A DNA stretch of 63,338 nt, the filler included, from Octopus bimaculoides (taxonomy: Eukaryota): the NCBI RefSeq assembly GCF_001194135.2. It is 6 parts of 6 records of this genome, joined end to end, with 100 filler letters (N's around TTAATTAATTAA, not from the genome) between each part and the next. Parts side by side here need not be neighbours in the genome. Positions count along the whole stretch, not along the records: positions 29,792 to 54,676 come from NC_069003.1; 5 more parts are not named here. One strand, 5' to 3'. Positions 29,692 to 41,242 of this stretch are shown here, piece by piece. Position numbers and translations under genes: made by a program. Each line of letters begins with the position of its first letter. The stretch's first letter is position 1. The notes under the pieces were generated by a model. The model searched no databases. It was not told the DNA's origin and saw only the letters and a list, made by a program, of their open reading frames with translations.

Positions 29692-30039
29692 NNNNNNNNN
29701 NNNNNNNNNNNNNNNNNNNNNNNNNNNNNNNNNNNTTAATTAATTAANNNNNNNNNNNNNNNNNNNNNNNNNNNNNNNNNNNNNNNNNNNNTATCATCCT
29801 CATCTCATTAATGTCCGTGTCCAGCCCGCAGCTACTTTACGTTTGTCTGTCCTCGTTTGTCCCCTCTTTGTAAGGCCTTAATGGCCAATCTAATGAAATA
29901 AAGTAGCTTGCTTACCAACCACATAGTTCTGGGTTCATTCCCACTGCATGGCGCTTTGAGCATGTGTCTTCTACTATAGCCTCGGGCCGACCAAAGCCTT
30001 GTGTGGATTTGGTAGACGGAAACTGAAAGAAGCCCGTCG

Positions 30040-30092
<53 letters not shown>

Positions 30093-30405
30093 GTATATGT
30101 TTGTATGTCTGTGTTTGTCCCCCCTCCAACATCGCTTGACAATCGATGCCCATTAGAATAAGTACCAAACTTTAAAAAAAAAACCTAAAAAGAATGCCAT
30201 AAGTACCGAGGGTCAACTAGTTTGACTACAAGCCTGTCAAGGCCGTGCTCCATCTAGCATGGCCACAGTACAATGATCAAAACAAATGGAAGATAATAAA
30301 AAAACAAATAAGAAAAAGATTAGATTTTAGTAAAAAGAAAGCTTTAATGAACAATTAATTAGACAGTGAACAGACAAACTCTCAATGTGATTAAAGCATT
30401 ATACA

Positions 30406-30411
30406 TTTATT
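30406..30411 (-). terminator. Candidate polyadenylation signal of the thioredoxin-like gene
   Basis: AATAAA on the minus strand about 60 nt past the stop, followed by a GT/T-rich stretch (gagtttgtctgttcactgtct). Confidence 0.55.
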
Positions 30412-30469
30412 TTCAAAATAAATAACTTGCACACTGAAAGACAAACAGCAACACAATGTGAAACGGTGG

Positions 30470-30598
30470 TCAGTGGAATTTGTGTTTATCATATGTTGCT
30501 TGTTTGCGACAACAGAATACACAGAGGAGCAGCATTGTGAGACTCATCAGCAAAATGGTAGGTAATATAATGTAGACTTTGGTGTGGTGATCACTCTC
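30470..30598 (-). CDS. Thioredoxin-like protein exon 9 (TM helix, cytosolic tail, stop)
   Basis: Acceptor ccctctttcatttcag|, phase 0, ESDHHTKVYIILPTILLMSLTMLLLCVFCCRKQATYDKHKFH*. About 22-residue hydrophobic segment, a basic stop-transfer RK and a terminal KxKxx. Confidence 0.92.
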   Translation of the reverse strand, partial: ESDHHTKVYIILPTILLMSLTMLLLCVFCCRKQATYDKHKFH

Positions 30599-30700
30599 CT
30601 GAAATGAAAGAGGGAAGAATGTTTTCATTGAAAATGCTTACTCATTTTACTCTTCGCACACACACACACACACACATATATGGCTTAGTGGTTAGAGTGT

Positions 30701-31070
30701 GGAGGCGCAATGGCCCAGTGGTTAGGTCATCGGATCGCGGTTTCGATTCCCAGACCGGGCGTTGTGAGTGTTTATTGCGCGAAAACACCTAAAGCTCCAC
30801 GAGGCTCCTGCAGGGGATGGTGGCGAACCCTGCTGTACTCTTCCACCACAACTTTCTCTCACTCTTACTTCCTGTTTCTGTTGTACCTGTAATTCAAAGG
30901 GCCAGCCTTGTCACACTCTGTGTAACGCTGAATATCCCCGAGAACTACGTTAAGGGTACACGTGTCTGTGGAGTGCTCAGCCACTTGCACGTTAATTTCA
31001 CGAGCAGGCTGTTCCGTTGATCGGATCGACTGGAACTCTCGACGTCGTAAGAGACGGAGTGCCAACAACA
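30701..31070 (+). mobile_element. tRNA-headed SINE family B, full copy
   Basis: A-box tggcccagtgg and B-box-like ggtttcgattcc. Near-identical copies at 25616-25952(+), 36235-36683(+) and 48199-48556(-). Confidence 0.85.
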
Positions 31071-31217
31071 GTGGTTAGAGCGTGGCACTCACGATTGCGA
31101 GATTGTGGGTTTGATTCCCACACTGGGAAAGCGCTTAACCATATAGGCAACTAGCCAGACTCGGATGGCCAAATGCACATAATCTTTCTACAACTGGAAG
31201 AAGAACTACATCACGAT

Positions 31218-31472
31218 CAGTTTAGTTTTGTAAACAAAAAAAATGTCTGTACAAGCAGGATAGGGTTATTTCCCTTACATCGGTTCCAGCCATGCTGATA
31301 ATTGAAGACTCTGCCGCGGGTCTATTCAACGAATGGGGAATTCCAAGCTTGCACTAGGAAACGCCTGTAACACCACAAACTGACCGCGACGATGGCTGGA
31401 GCCGATGCAAGGGGGATAATCCTATCCTGCCCGCAGCACAGACAATTATATTTTCATTTACAAAACCAGCTG
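31218..31472. mobile_element. MITE with ~70 bp imperfect TIRs in intron 8
   Basis: gttttgtaaa..gcaggatagg.ttat..cccttacatcgg.tccagccat mirrored at 31392-31466; CAG...CTG ends. Confidence 0.7.
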
Positions 31473-32167
31473 ACAGCTAGGTATTTCTTCCTCCAGTTTC
31501 TAAAGAGGTTATGCACCTTCAGCCCTTTGAGTCGGACGAGTCGCGTATTACTGCAAAGCACTTTATAAGGTATGAAACCAACAGTCACTCTATGAGCGGC
31601 CATAACTTTTAACTTCCTAAACAAAATACATTACTGGTCGTATGCTTTATCTCTTTCAGGATATATGAACTACTAACGATTCATTACAGACCCCAGTCGT
31701 AATTTACAAAGAGCCAACACATAGTTTATGTTCTCTCTCTCTACATATTTTTGCCCGTTCATGTTCTGGTGTACGCTGAATTTCCCTGGAGAACATTCGT
31801 TTCTTTTGTGGTTTGACCGTTGATGGTCAATTTCTAGCGTAAAGGATGTCCACTTAGTGGTCATCCCTTCTTATATCTGTGTAATATAATTTTTCTGAAT
31901 TTTCCGAATTTTCTTTATGCTAGGCCACTGGTTTTAAATTGGTGTTAATTAAATTAATATCCAATTTATCACCCTTATTATTATTTTAAATATATAAATA
32001 TATGCATATATCCATACATATATGTACATACCTACATCTATATGTATACATACAAGCATATATGGGTACAGGACATCAAGAAAAACGTTAAACATAATGA
32101 GAAACGAAAACATAAAGAAGAAAGACAGAAAACGAACTTTTTTCGAACAACGAAAAAAACAGAGAAA

Positions 32168-32198
<31 letters not shown>

Positions 32199-32992
32199 NN
32201 NNNNNNNNACATACATACATACATACATACATACATACATGTATACACATACATATTCACTACACTCTCGGAGTGGTTGGTGTTAGGAAGGGCATTCAGT
32301 TGTAGAAACTCTGCCAAATCAGATTGGAGCCTTGAGTAGCCATCTGGTTTCACCAGTCCTCAGTCAAATCGTCCAACCCATGCTAGCATGGAAAGCGGAC
32401 GTTAAACGATGATGATGATGATGTATGTGTATAAGTGGAGACACATCACCTAGTGATTAAAGTAGTGGACTAGCAGTCAAGGGATCACGGTTTTGAATCT
32501 CAGACTGGGCGATGTGTGAGTATATGAGAAAAGCACCTAAGCTTCACATGGCTCCAGCAGAAGGTAATGACGAACCTCTGCTGACACTTTCGCCACAACT
32601 CTCTCTCACTCTTTCCTCCTGCATCTAGCAGCTCATCTGCGAAAGACCAGCGTCCCATCCAAGTGGAGAACCTATATGCCAATGAAACCGTGAAACCGGC
32701 CCTTATGATCCAGGCATGGCTCAAGAAGGAACAAACAACATGTATGTATGTATCATCATCATCATCATCGTTTAACGTCCGCTTTCCATGCTAGCATAGG
32801 TTGGAGGATTTGACTGAGGACTGTTGAACCAGATGGCTGCATCAGGCTCCAATCTGATTGGCAGAGTTTCTACAGCTGGATGCCCTTCCTAATGCCAACC
32901 ACTCTGAGAGTGCAATATATATTTATGTGTGTGTATATACATATATTTATATGTGTGTGTATATACATATATTTATATGTGTGTGTATATAC

Positions 32993-33040
<48 letters not shown>

Positions 33041-33107
33041 GTATATATATATATATATATATACTAGGTTACATTGATAGAAAGAGATGAAGTAATACAA
33101 TACTTAC

Positions 33108-33144
33108 TTTCAATTTTTGGACTATATAATCAGTCAAAATGTCA
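33108..33144 (-). CDS. Thioredoxin-like protein exon 8
   Basis: Acceptor cttttctctattttcag|, donor AAA|GTAAGT. 37 nt, phase 2-0, DILTDYIVQKLK; its phases bridge exons 7 and 9. Confidence 0.85.
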
Positions 33145-33463
33145 CTGAAAATAGAGAAAAGAGATTTCAGTGCTTAAATACAATTAGTCTGCTGAGTGAA
33201 AAAACTTCAAAGGGCCTCCTATGAGCAATGTTCCCTCATAGTTTTGGACTTGTGCATGCGCTTATGTTTTGCAGTTAGGAGATGAAGAGAAAGAAATGTG
33301 AACACAAAAGATTTCCAAGATGAAATCAAATTATTTCTGTAATTGAAGATAAGATATTCACATGGATGTGGACATACCCTACAAACAAAGCCCCCTCCCC
33401 GCCAAAAAACCCCCAAATTTCTGCACAACTATCACTAGTACATTGCAATATACACAGTAACTA

Positions 33464-33780
33464 GCACTCGTTGGTTACGACAATGAGGGTTCCAGTTGAT
33501 CCGATCAACGGAACAGCCTGCTGGTGAAATTAATGTGTAAGTGGCTGAGCACTCCACAGACACGCATACCCATAACGTAGTTCTCAGGGAAATTCAGTGT
33601 GACACAGATGGTGACAAGGCTGGCCCTTTGAAATACAGGTACTACTCAATTTTACCAGCTGAGTGCACTGGAGCAATGTGAAATAAAGTGTCTTGCCCAG
33701 GGACACAACACATCACCAGGAATTGATCTCCCAACCTTGCAATTGTGAGCGGCATACCCTAACCACTAAGTCACGCACCA
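33464..33780 (-). mobile_element. SINE family B' (different head/core, shared B 3' half)
   Basis: tRNA-like head plus gacactttatttcac..tgctccagt..actcagctg core and the family B tail. Relatives at 28733-29036(-) and 56460-56705(+). Confidence 0.75.
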
Positions 33781-34380
33781 TCACACACTACACATATACT
33801 GCAACTAATCACTGGTACATCACCTTTGGCTTGGCTTTATGAGCAAAGATATATGGAAGGGGATGTTGAAGTTCTGCTGATACCTGACAAATCCATCATG
33901 CTAGGCAAGCAGGTATGACTGCAAAGACTGCATTTGAAGGTAGGCTGGTCAAGGTTGGTCTTAGTGTCCATGTTTTTTCCCTAATTTTCTCTTGTCTGCA
34001 AGATGGCCCTTTGAATTACAGATACTACTCATTTTCGCCAGCTGCATGGACTGGAGCAATGTGAAATAGAGTGTCTTACTCAAGCACACTGTGTGTCACC
34101 CGGAGAATTTTAGGTGGAAGGGGCTAGTTAATTACATCGATTCCAATACTTGATTGGTAGCTATTCTACTGACTCCCAAAGGGATGAAAGACAAAGCTGA
34201 CCTCAATGGAATTTGAACTCCAAACATAAAAAGCCAGATGAACTGCTGCCAGTTCAACAGCTTCACAACACCGATAATGACACCATCACTAACAACAACA
34301 ACAACAACAACAATAGCAGCAGCAGCAGCAGCCGCAGCAACAGTGTAAAAACCTGGGGTAAAAGAATAATAGAAACTCAC

Positions 34381-34506
34381 AAGGCACTTGGCTCAATAGG
34401 TACGGTCTCTGCCTTAACATTTCGATGCCAGCTCTCCACAAACACTTTCATAGACTTCACGTCAAATTGTTCTGGGTCATAGCGGAACAGCTTACCATGC
34501 CGGAAG
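34381..34506 (-). CDS. Thioredoxin-like protein exon 7
   Basis: Acceptor atctttctccag|, donor TT|GTGAGT. 126 nt, phase 2-2, FRHGKLFRYDPEQFDVKSMKVFVESWHRNVKAETVPIEPSA(F). Confidence 0.93.
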
Positions 34507-34790
34507 CTGGAGAAAGATATTTATTTGGTTTTTATAGGGAGAAAACAAAAAAAAAAGAAGAAAAAAATTTAAATACTCTTTTTACTCTTTACTCTTTTAC
34601 TTGTTTCAGTCTTTTGACTGCGGCCATGCTGGAGCACCGCATTTAGTCAAGCAAATTGACCCCAGGACTTATTCTTTGTAAACCCAGTACTTATTCTATC
34701 GGTCTCTTTTGCCGAACCACTAAGTTATGAGAACGTAAACACACCACCGTCGGTTGTCAAGCGATGGTGGGAGGGGGGGGACAAACACAG

Positions 34791-34821
<31 letters not shown>

Positions 34822-35800
34822 CATATATACGACGGGCTTCTTTCAGTTTCCGTCTACCAAATCCACTCTCAAGGCTTTGGTCGGCCCGAGGCTATAGTAG
34901 AAGACACTCGCCCAAGGTGCCACGCAGTGGGACTGGGGACTGAAAGAAGCCCACCGTGTAGATATGTTTGTGTGTGTCTGTGTTTATCCTCCACCACTGC
35001 TTGACAACCAGAGTGAACAGAACGAACAAGGTGCGTTTTATATGGTACAAGCACAGGTGCTTTCTATGTGACACCGGCATGGGTGATTTTAATATGGCAC
35101 AACTTTCCATACAGCTTTCATTTACCAAATTCTCTCACATGGCACTATTTGGCCTGTAGCTATAATAGTAGAAGACACTTGCCCATGCTACAGCACAGAG
35201 GGACTAAACTTAAAATCATGTGCTAGCAAAGTGAGTTTTCTTAAGCACGAGAAGACCCGGCATGCGTGAGAAGACCCGGCAAGCCAAGTAAGATCGTTGC
35301 CAGTGCCCCTGGACTGGTTCTTGTGCGGGTGGCACATGAGATGCACCATTTTGAGCGTGGCCGTTGCCAGTACCGCCTGACTGGCTCCTGTAGGATTTTC
35401 GAGCGAGATCGTTGCCAGTGCCCCTGGACTGGCTTGTGCGGGTGGCACATAAAAGACACCATTTCGAGCGTGGCCGTTTTCGTGCGGGTGACACGTAAAA
35501 GCACCCACTACACTCTCTGAGTGGTTGGCGTTAGGAAGGGCATCCAGCTGTAGAAACTCTGCCAAATCAGACTGGGGCCTGGTGTTGCCATCCGGTTTCA
35601 CCAGTCCTCAGTCAAATCGTCCAACCCATGCTAGCATGGAAAGCGGACGTTAAACGATGATGATGATGATGATGACAGTCAAGCCTCTCTAACCACTCAG
35701 ATACAATACTTTTGATCTGTAAATGATTCACTGAAGAAGTAGGATAAACTCTAAATAGATAGTAATAAAAGCCAAATAGAAAAATTGCCTCTATACTTAC

Positions 35801-35896
35801 TAAATGATGGAAGGACACTTCTTAATTTTAAATCGTTCGACTAATTTAGGATTGGAATTCATCTGCACTTTGGCAATGTTCAGAGTGTGGTGCATT
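35801..35896 (-). CDS. Thioredoxin-like protein exon 6
   Basis: Acceptor ctcttttacttatag|, donor TA|GTAAGT. 96 nt, phase 2-2, MHHTLNIAKVQMNSNPKLVERFKIKKCPSII(Y), equivalent to Trx VNVAKVD...RF.I...P. Confidence 0.93.
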
Positions 35897-36234
35897 CTAT
35901 AAGTAAAAGAGAATAACTTTCAAATCATTTGACTATGTTTGTATGTCTGATTGCATATGTATGAAATAATAATAATAATGATAATAATAATAATCCTTTA
36001 TACTGAAAGCACAAGGTCTGAAATTTGGTGGGGAGGGGCCTAATCGATTACATTGATCCCAGTGTTTCATGGTATTTAATTTAGTGATCCTGAAAGGATG
36101 AAAGGCAAAGTCGACCTCAGTGGAATTTGAACTCAGAATGTAAAGATGGACAAAATGCTTCACGGCATTTTGTCCGGTGTGCTAATGATTCTGCCATTCG
36201 CTGCCTTAATAATCAAGTCTACTATAGGTGCAGT

Positions 36235-36683
36235 GGAGGCGCAATGGCCCAGTGGTTAGGACAGCCGACTCGCGGTCATAAGATCGTGGTTTCGATTTCC
36301 GGACCGGGTATTGTGAGTGTTTATTGAGCGAAAACACCTAAAGCTCCACGAGGCTCCGGTAGAGGATGATGGCGAACTCTGCTGTACTCTTCCACCACAA
36401 CATTCTCTTACTCTTACTTCCTGTTACTGTTGTGCCTGTAATTCAAAGGGCCAGCCTTGTCACACTGTGTCACACTGAATATCTCCGAGAACTATGTTAA
36501 GGGTACACGTGTCTGGGGAGTGCTCAGCCACTTGCACATTANNNNNNNNNNTCCGAGAACTATGTTAAGGGTACACGTGTCTGGGGAGTGCTCAGCCACT
36601 TGCACATTAATTTCATGAGCAGGCTGTTCCGTTGATCGGATCGACTGGAACCCTCGACGTCATAAGCGACGGAGTGCCAACAA
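36235..36683 (+). mobile_element. SINE family B copy (internal overlap artefact at the 10-N gap)
   Basis: Aligns to 30701-31070. Confidence 0.85.
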
Positions 36684-38114
36684 CTATAGGTACATGACTC
36701 AGTGGACATTTGTCTCTGATTTGGTTCAAATACATGATGATGATCTCGTGGTTTAGTGGTCAGGGTATTGGACTCATGATCATAAGATTGTGGTTTTGAT
36801 TCCTGGACCGGGCAATGTGTTGAGTTCTTGAGCAAAACACTTCATTTCATGTTACTCCAGTCCACACAGCTGGCAAAACTGAGTAATCCTGCGACGGACT
36901 GGCATCCGATGGACTGAAACCTTCCCTTTTGAGTCGCATGACTTGAGAAGGTAACTTTACCTTTAGCAAAAATGGTGTGACATCAATGTCTTGAATGGGA
37001 TACAGGGTGAGTTGTCTTGCCTGTCCATGACACTCAGGTGTTTTAACACCCAACACTTTGAGCGAGTATTCTCCACAATGCCAAATTGCAGCCTACTGGC
37101 AAACAAACAGTGTGTATTTCTTAAATATGTGAGGTCAACAATGAATACATACATATATATATATATATTGTACTATTTCATGATGGTAAGATCAACAAAG
37201 AAAGTACTTCATCTGGTAAGCGATAAATACTTGATAAATACAATAGATGTGTTGATGCGCTACTATTAGTTTCATTTGCTGAGAACATGCTAAGCATTGT
37301 TTTGTAACATATCTAGTGTCCCAGCACAATCATCAGACACTGCCCACATAGCATATAGACAGACAGATGTATAGAAATTCCAGATGTGTTTCTGTCTCCT
37401 CAGTGAAGCATAGAATTTATAATGTTTAATGAAGTAGAGAGAGGAAAATCACTAAGTAAATAAGTAAATGCATGATAAAACACATGATTAGTGGAAAAAA
37501 ATTAACAATATATAAACTATATATCTTTAAGGTTAATTAAACCTGTGTACAATAACAAATCTATTTACAGATTCTCTCTGTTCATTAATTTTACATGTAT
37601 GGCAAAGTCTGTGCTTCACTAAAGAGGCTTAATAAGATCAAAACTTGCCTGGAGTTTTCCCCCTACTTACTGAAATTATTAATATAATATTAGTTATTTA
37701 ACTAATGTTAACTTTTTCTTGTGACATAGCCGACCTCACGCACTTCTCATGAGGAATTCCGGAAGATGCTTTGTGAGATCACAGCTGAGACGCTTCCGAA
37801 AAAAGAAAACCATTGGAAAACAGTTTATAGCAGAGACTCCAGCTAAGAAGATCTGAAGAAGGAATTATAATTCCAAAATATCATCGGACTATAGATAACC
37901 AAATTACAACAGGTATATAGTCCATTTTTTGTTCTATAGTGCATTGTTGTACCATTCTAAACTTTTTATTCTTTATAATTATTTCAGATTAATTAATCAA
38001 TTTTTGTCCTGTCGCATGCTCTATTAAATATGATAATATAAACACAAAATAGGTCACTTTAATGGTGTACTTTTGACAAAATATAATTTGTGGGGAGAAA
38101 ATGAAAATGCTTAC

Positions 38115-38171
38115 CTTACTGCAACAGCTTCCATTGTCGCCATGGCAATTAATCCACATCCTGGTTTGTAA
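38115..38171 (-). CDS. Thioredoxin-like protein exon 5 (degenerate active-site motif)
   Basis: Acceptor tttctatcattacag|, donor AAG|GTAAGC. 57 nt, phase 2-2, YKPGCGLIAMATMEAVAV(R), aligning to the FYAPWCGHC position. Confidence 0.9.
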
Positions 38172-38341
38172 CTGTAATGATAGAAACAGACATTTTTGAC
38201 AATTATACAGAACACAATCGGTAATGATAATTAGAAAAAGCACACACAAACACATACCTATTCCAGCACAAACAGCAATATATACATACTTTGAAGAAAC
38301 TTAATAACAACAACATCAATAATGGCCAAACAACAACTTAC

Positions 38342-38483
38342 AACAACACCAGCCAGTCTCCGGTGGTAGCTCCAGTTGAGGCTTGGGTCAAATGTTCGAA
38401 ATTGTTTTCATTCAAAACCCTCATTGCTTCCTTCTGAGCAGCTTCCAACCATTCTGCAACATCTCCTGCATCTATAGTGTTAC
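38342..38483 (-). CDS. Thioredoxin-like protein exon 4
   Basis: Acceptor ctctttttctag|, donor TT|GTAAGT. 142 nt, phase 1-2, (G)NTIDAGDVAEWLEAAQKEAMRVLNENNFEHLTQASTGATTGDWLVL(F). NFEHLTQASTGATTGDW matches a motif I recall from invertebrate thioredoxin-domain membrane proteins. Confidence 0.93.
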
Positions 38484-40059
38484 CTAGAAAAAGAGAGGAA
38501 ACCCATCTTGTGTAACTGAGAGCTTGAGGAACGGGAAGGGAAGATGTATGCGCAATAAGCATTATCATCGTCTTTATCTTAATAACTGCTTCAAGTCACA
38601 TGTATGGATCATCATCACCATCACCACCATCTTCGTCCTCATCATCACATTCACCACCACCACCATCACCATCATTGTTTAACATCTGGTCTCCATGCTG
38701 GCAAGCCGGATGCTGTCTGGACTCCAACCGTCTGTTGTGGCATGGTTTCTACAGCTCGATGCTTACTCAAGCACACAGTGTGTCACCAGGAATTGAACTC
38801 ATGAGCTTATGATCGTGAGCCGAGTGCCCTAACAACTAAGCCAACATGCCTTCACTAACAGCAACAACACTAAGAATCTTTCTACTATAGGCAAAAAGGC
38901 CTGAAAGTTTCTGTGGGTGGGGACTAGTCATTTACATCAACCCCCAGATGTCAACTGGTACTTATTTCATCGAGCCCCAAAAGAACGAAAGGCAAAGTTA
39001 ACCACAGTGGAATTTGAACTCAGAACACGAAGGCAGATAAAGTGTCACAAAGCATTTTCTCTGGTATGCTAAGGGTTCTGCCAATTCCCTTCCTAACACC
39101 AACAGAGTGTGCTGGGTGCTTTTTAAATGCCACCAAGCACAGGTGTGTTTATGCAGTACTGACACAGGTGCTTTTTAAGTGGCACCGACACCTGAAAGGA
39201 CAACCCTGTATGTGTCAAAGACAACGGTTTTACTTAGCTTGATGCATCTCATTAAGTACAGTAAACCACCGCATCTCCTGGTCCCTTGTCATTTCCTTAG
39301 TGAGACCCAGCATCTGAAGATCCTTTCTCACCATTTTGTCCCACGTCTTCTAGATGTATATATGAATGGAAAAGCTCCTTCTTGCTTCATATAGACTCAT
39401 CGAGTCAGTCTCCTGGTTTCTGTGGTGTATAAACTTCCCCCTGGATAGGATGCCAGTCCACTGCAGGATGACTCACTTTTGCCAGCTGAGTAGACTGGAG
39501 CAACATGAAATGACGTGTTTTGTATTTAAGAGACGAAAAATTATGTACATTATATACAGGCATATGGTATAGTGGTTAAGAGCGTGGGCTACTAACCCCA
39601 AGATTCCGAGTTATATATGAGTGCATGTGTGAATGTATGTATGTATGTATGCATGAGTGTGTGTGTATATGTATATGTGCATATGTACATACAAGGACCC
39701 CCTTTGGTCATGAATGACCATGGGATTGCACCTAGAGAGATACCCTCCAAGGCACAAGTCTGGGCAAGGTTGTTTATGGAAGACCAATAGTTGCCCATGC
39801 ATATCAACCTCACTTTTCCATGCCACTGATGTTATTCTAGGGAAAAGCAAAGGATGATGCAGCTTGGCCCCAGTGATGTCGCAACTCATTTCTACAACTG
39901 AGTGAACTGGAGCAATGGGAAAATAAAGTGTCTTGCTCAAGAACACAACATGCAGCCTGGTCCAGGAATCGAACTCACTACCACATGATTGTGAGCCCAA
40001 TGCTCTAACCACTAAACCATGCACCTTCATATGCTCATATATATATATATATATCTAAA

Positions 40060-40230
40060 AGCACCCACTACACTCTCGGAGTGGTTGGCGTTAGGAAGGG
40101 CATCCAGCTGTAGAAACTCTGCCAGATCATATTGGAGCCTGGTGCAGCCATCTGGTTCACCAGTCCTCAGTCAAATCGTCCAACTCATGCCAGCATGGAA
40201 AGCGGACATTAAACGAGGATGATGATGATG
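40060..40230 (+). mobile_element. SINE family C 3' tail, representative copy
   Basis: cactacactctcggagtggttggcgttaggaagggcatccagctgtagaaac...gcggacgttaaacgatgatg. Copies at 19430-19810, 32258-32423, 32752-32912(-), 35290-35674 and 45378-45648. Confidence 0.85.
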
Positions 40231-41134
40231 ATATATAGACAGACACACGCATGTGCACACAGAAATTTGCATATNNNNNNNNNNNNNNNNNNNNNNNNNN
40301 NNNNNNNNNNNNNNNNNNNNNNNNNNNNNNNNNNNNNNNNNNNNNNNNNNNNNNNNNNNNNNNNNNNNNNNNNNNNNNNNNNNNNNNNNNNNNNNNNNNN
40401 NNNNNNNNNNNNNNNNNNNNNNNNNNNNNNNNNNNNNNNNNNNNNNNNNNNNNNNNNNNNNNNNNNNNNNNNNNNNNNNNNNNNNNNNNNNNNNNNNNNN
40501 NNNNNNNNNNNNNNNNNNNNNNNNNNNNNNNNNNNNNNNNNNNNNNNNNNNNNNNNNNNNNNNNNNNNNNNNNNNNNNNNNNNNNNNNNNNNNNNNNNNN
40601 NNNNNNNNNNNNNNNNNNNNNNNNNNNNNNNNNNNNNNNNNNNNNNNNNNNNNNNNNNNNNNNNNNNNNNNNNNNNNNNNNNNNNNNNNNNNNNNNNNNN
40701 NNNNNNNNNNNNNNNNNNNNNNNNNNNNNNNNNNNNNNNNNNNNNNNNNNNNNNNNNNNNNNNNNNNNNNNNNNNNNNNNNNNNNNNNNNNNNNNNNNNN
40801 NNNNTGAAAGAAGCCCATCGTATATATATATATGTATATGTATAAATATGTTTGTGTGTCTGTGTTTGTCCCCCCCAACATCGCTTGACAACCGATGCTG
40901 TTGAGTTTACGTCCCCGTAACTTAGCGGTTCAACAAAAGAGACCGATAGAATAAGTACTAGGCTTCCAAAGAATAAGTCCTGGGGTCGATTTCCTCGACT
41001 AAAAGGCGGTGCTCCAGCATAGCCGCAGTCAAATGACTGAAACAAGTAAAAGAGTAAAAAGAGTAAATCAACAACGCCAAACAAAGAGTTGTATAAACAA
41101 CAGTGCCAAGCACCTTCTACCTGTTGTTACCTAC

Positions 41135-41242
41135 CATCATATACTATGGGAGACTTCTGTCTGAAGAACACTAACGCTGGTATTACCTTCACACCATATT
41201 TGTCACCGAATGTTTGACTTTGCAGTTTTCCATAGCGACAGT
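41135..41242 (-). CDS. Thioredoxin-like protein exon 3
   Basis: Acceptor ccttctgcttccag|, donor GATG|GTAGGT. 108 nt, phase 1-1, (D)CRYGKLQSQTFGDKYGVKVIPALVFFRQKSPIVYD, typical of a Trx-fold C-terminal half (YGV..IPALVFFR...VYDG). Confidence 0.92.

Noticed and set aside
30701-30775. tRNA-like A/B boxes
   Set aside because: SINE heads continuing into repeat bodies; no complete cloverleaf or terminator was seen.
34490-34496. Donor-like ATG|GTAAGC 11 nt inside exon 7
   Set aside because: It would define an 11-nt frameshifting micro-exon; it is coding sequence (HGK) with no other support.
36963-37106. Possible minus-strand exon (tag|GCTGCA...AAG|GTAAAG)
   Set aside because: Phase 0-0 in a phase-2 intron and no Trx similarity.
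37730-37912. GC-richer segment with splice-like edges; the minus frame gives INCFPMVFFFRK, resembling a Trx cis-Pro strand
   Set aside because: The acceptor phase does not fit exon 5, and a much better exon 6 exists at 35801-35896. All plus-strand frames have stops. Origin unresolved.
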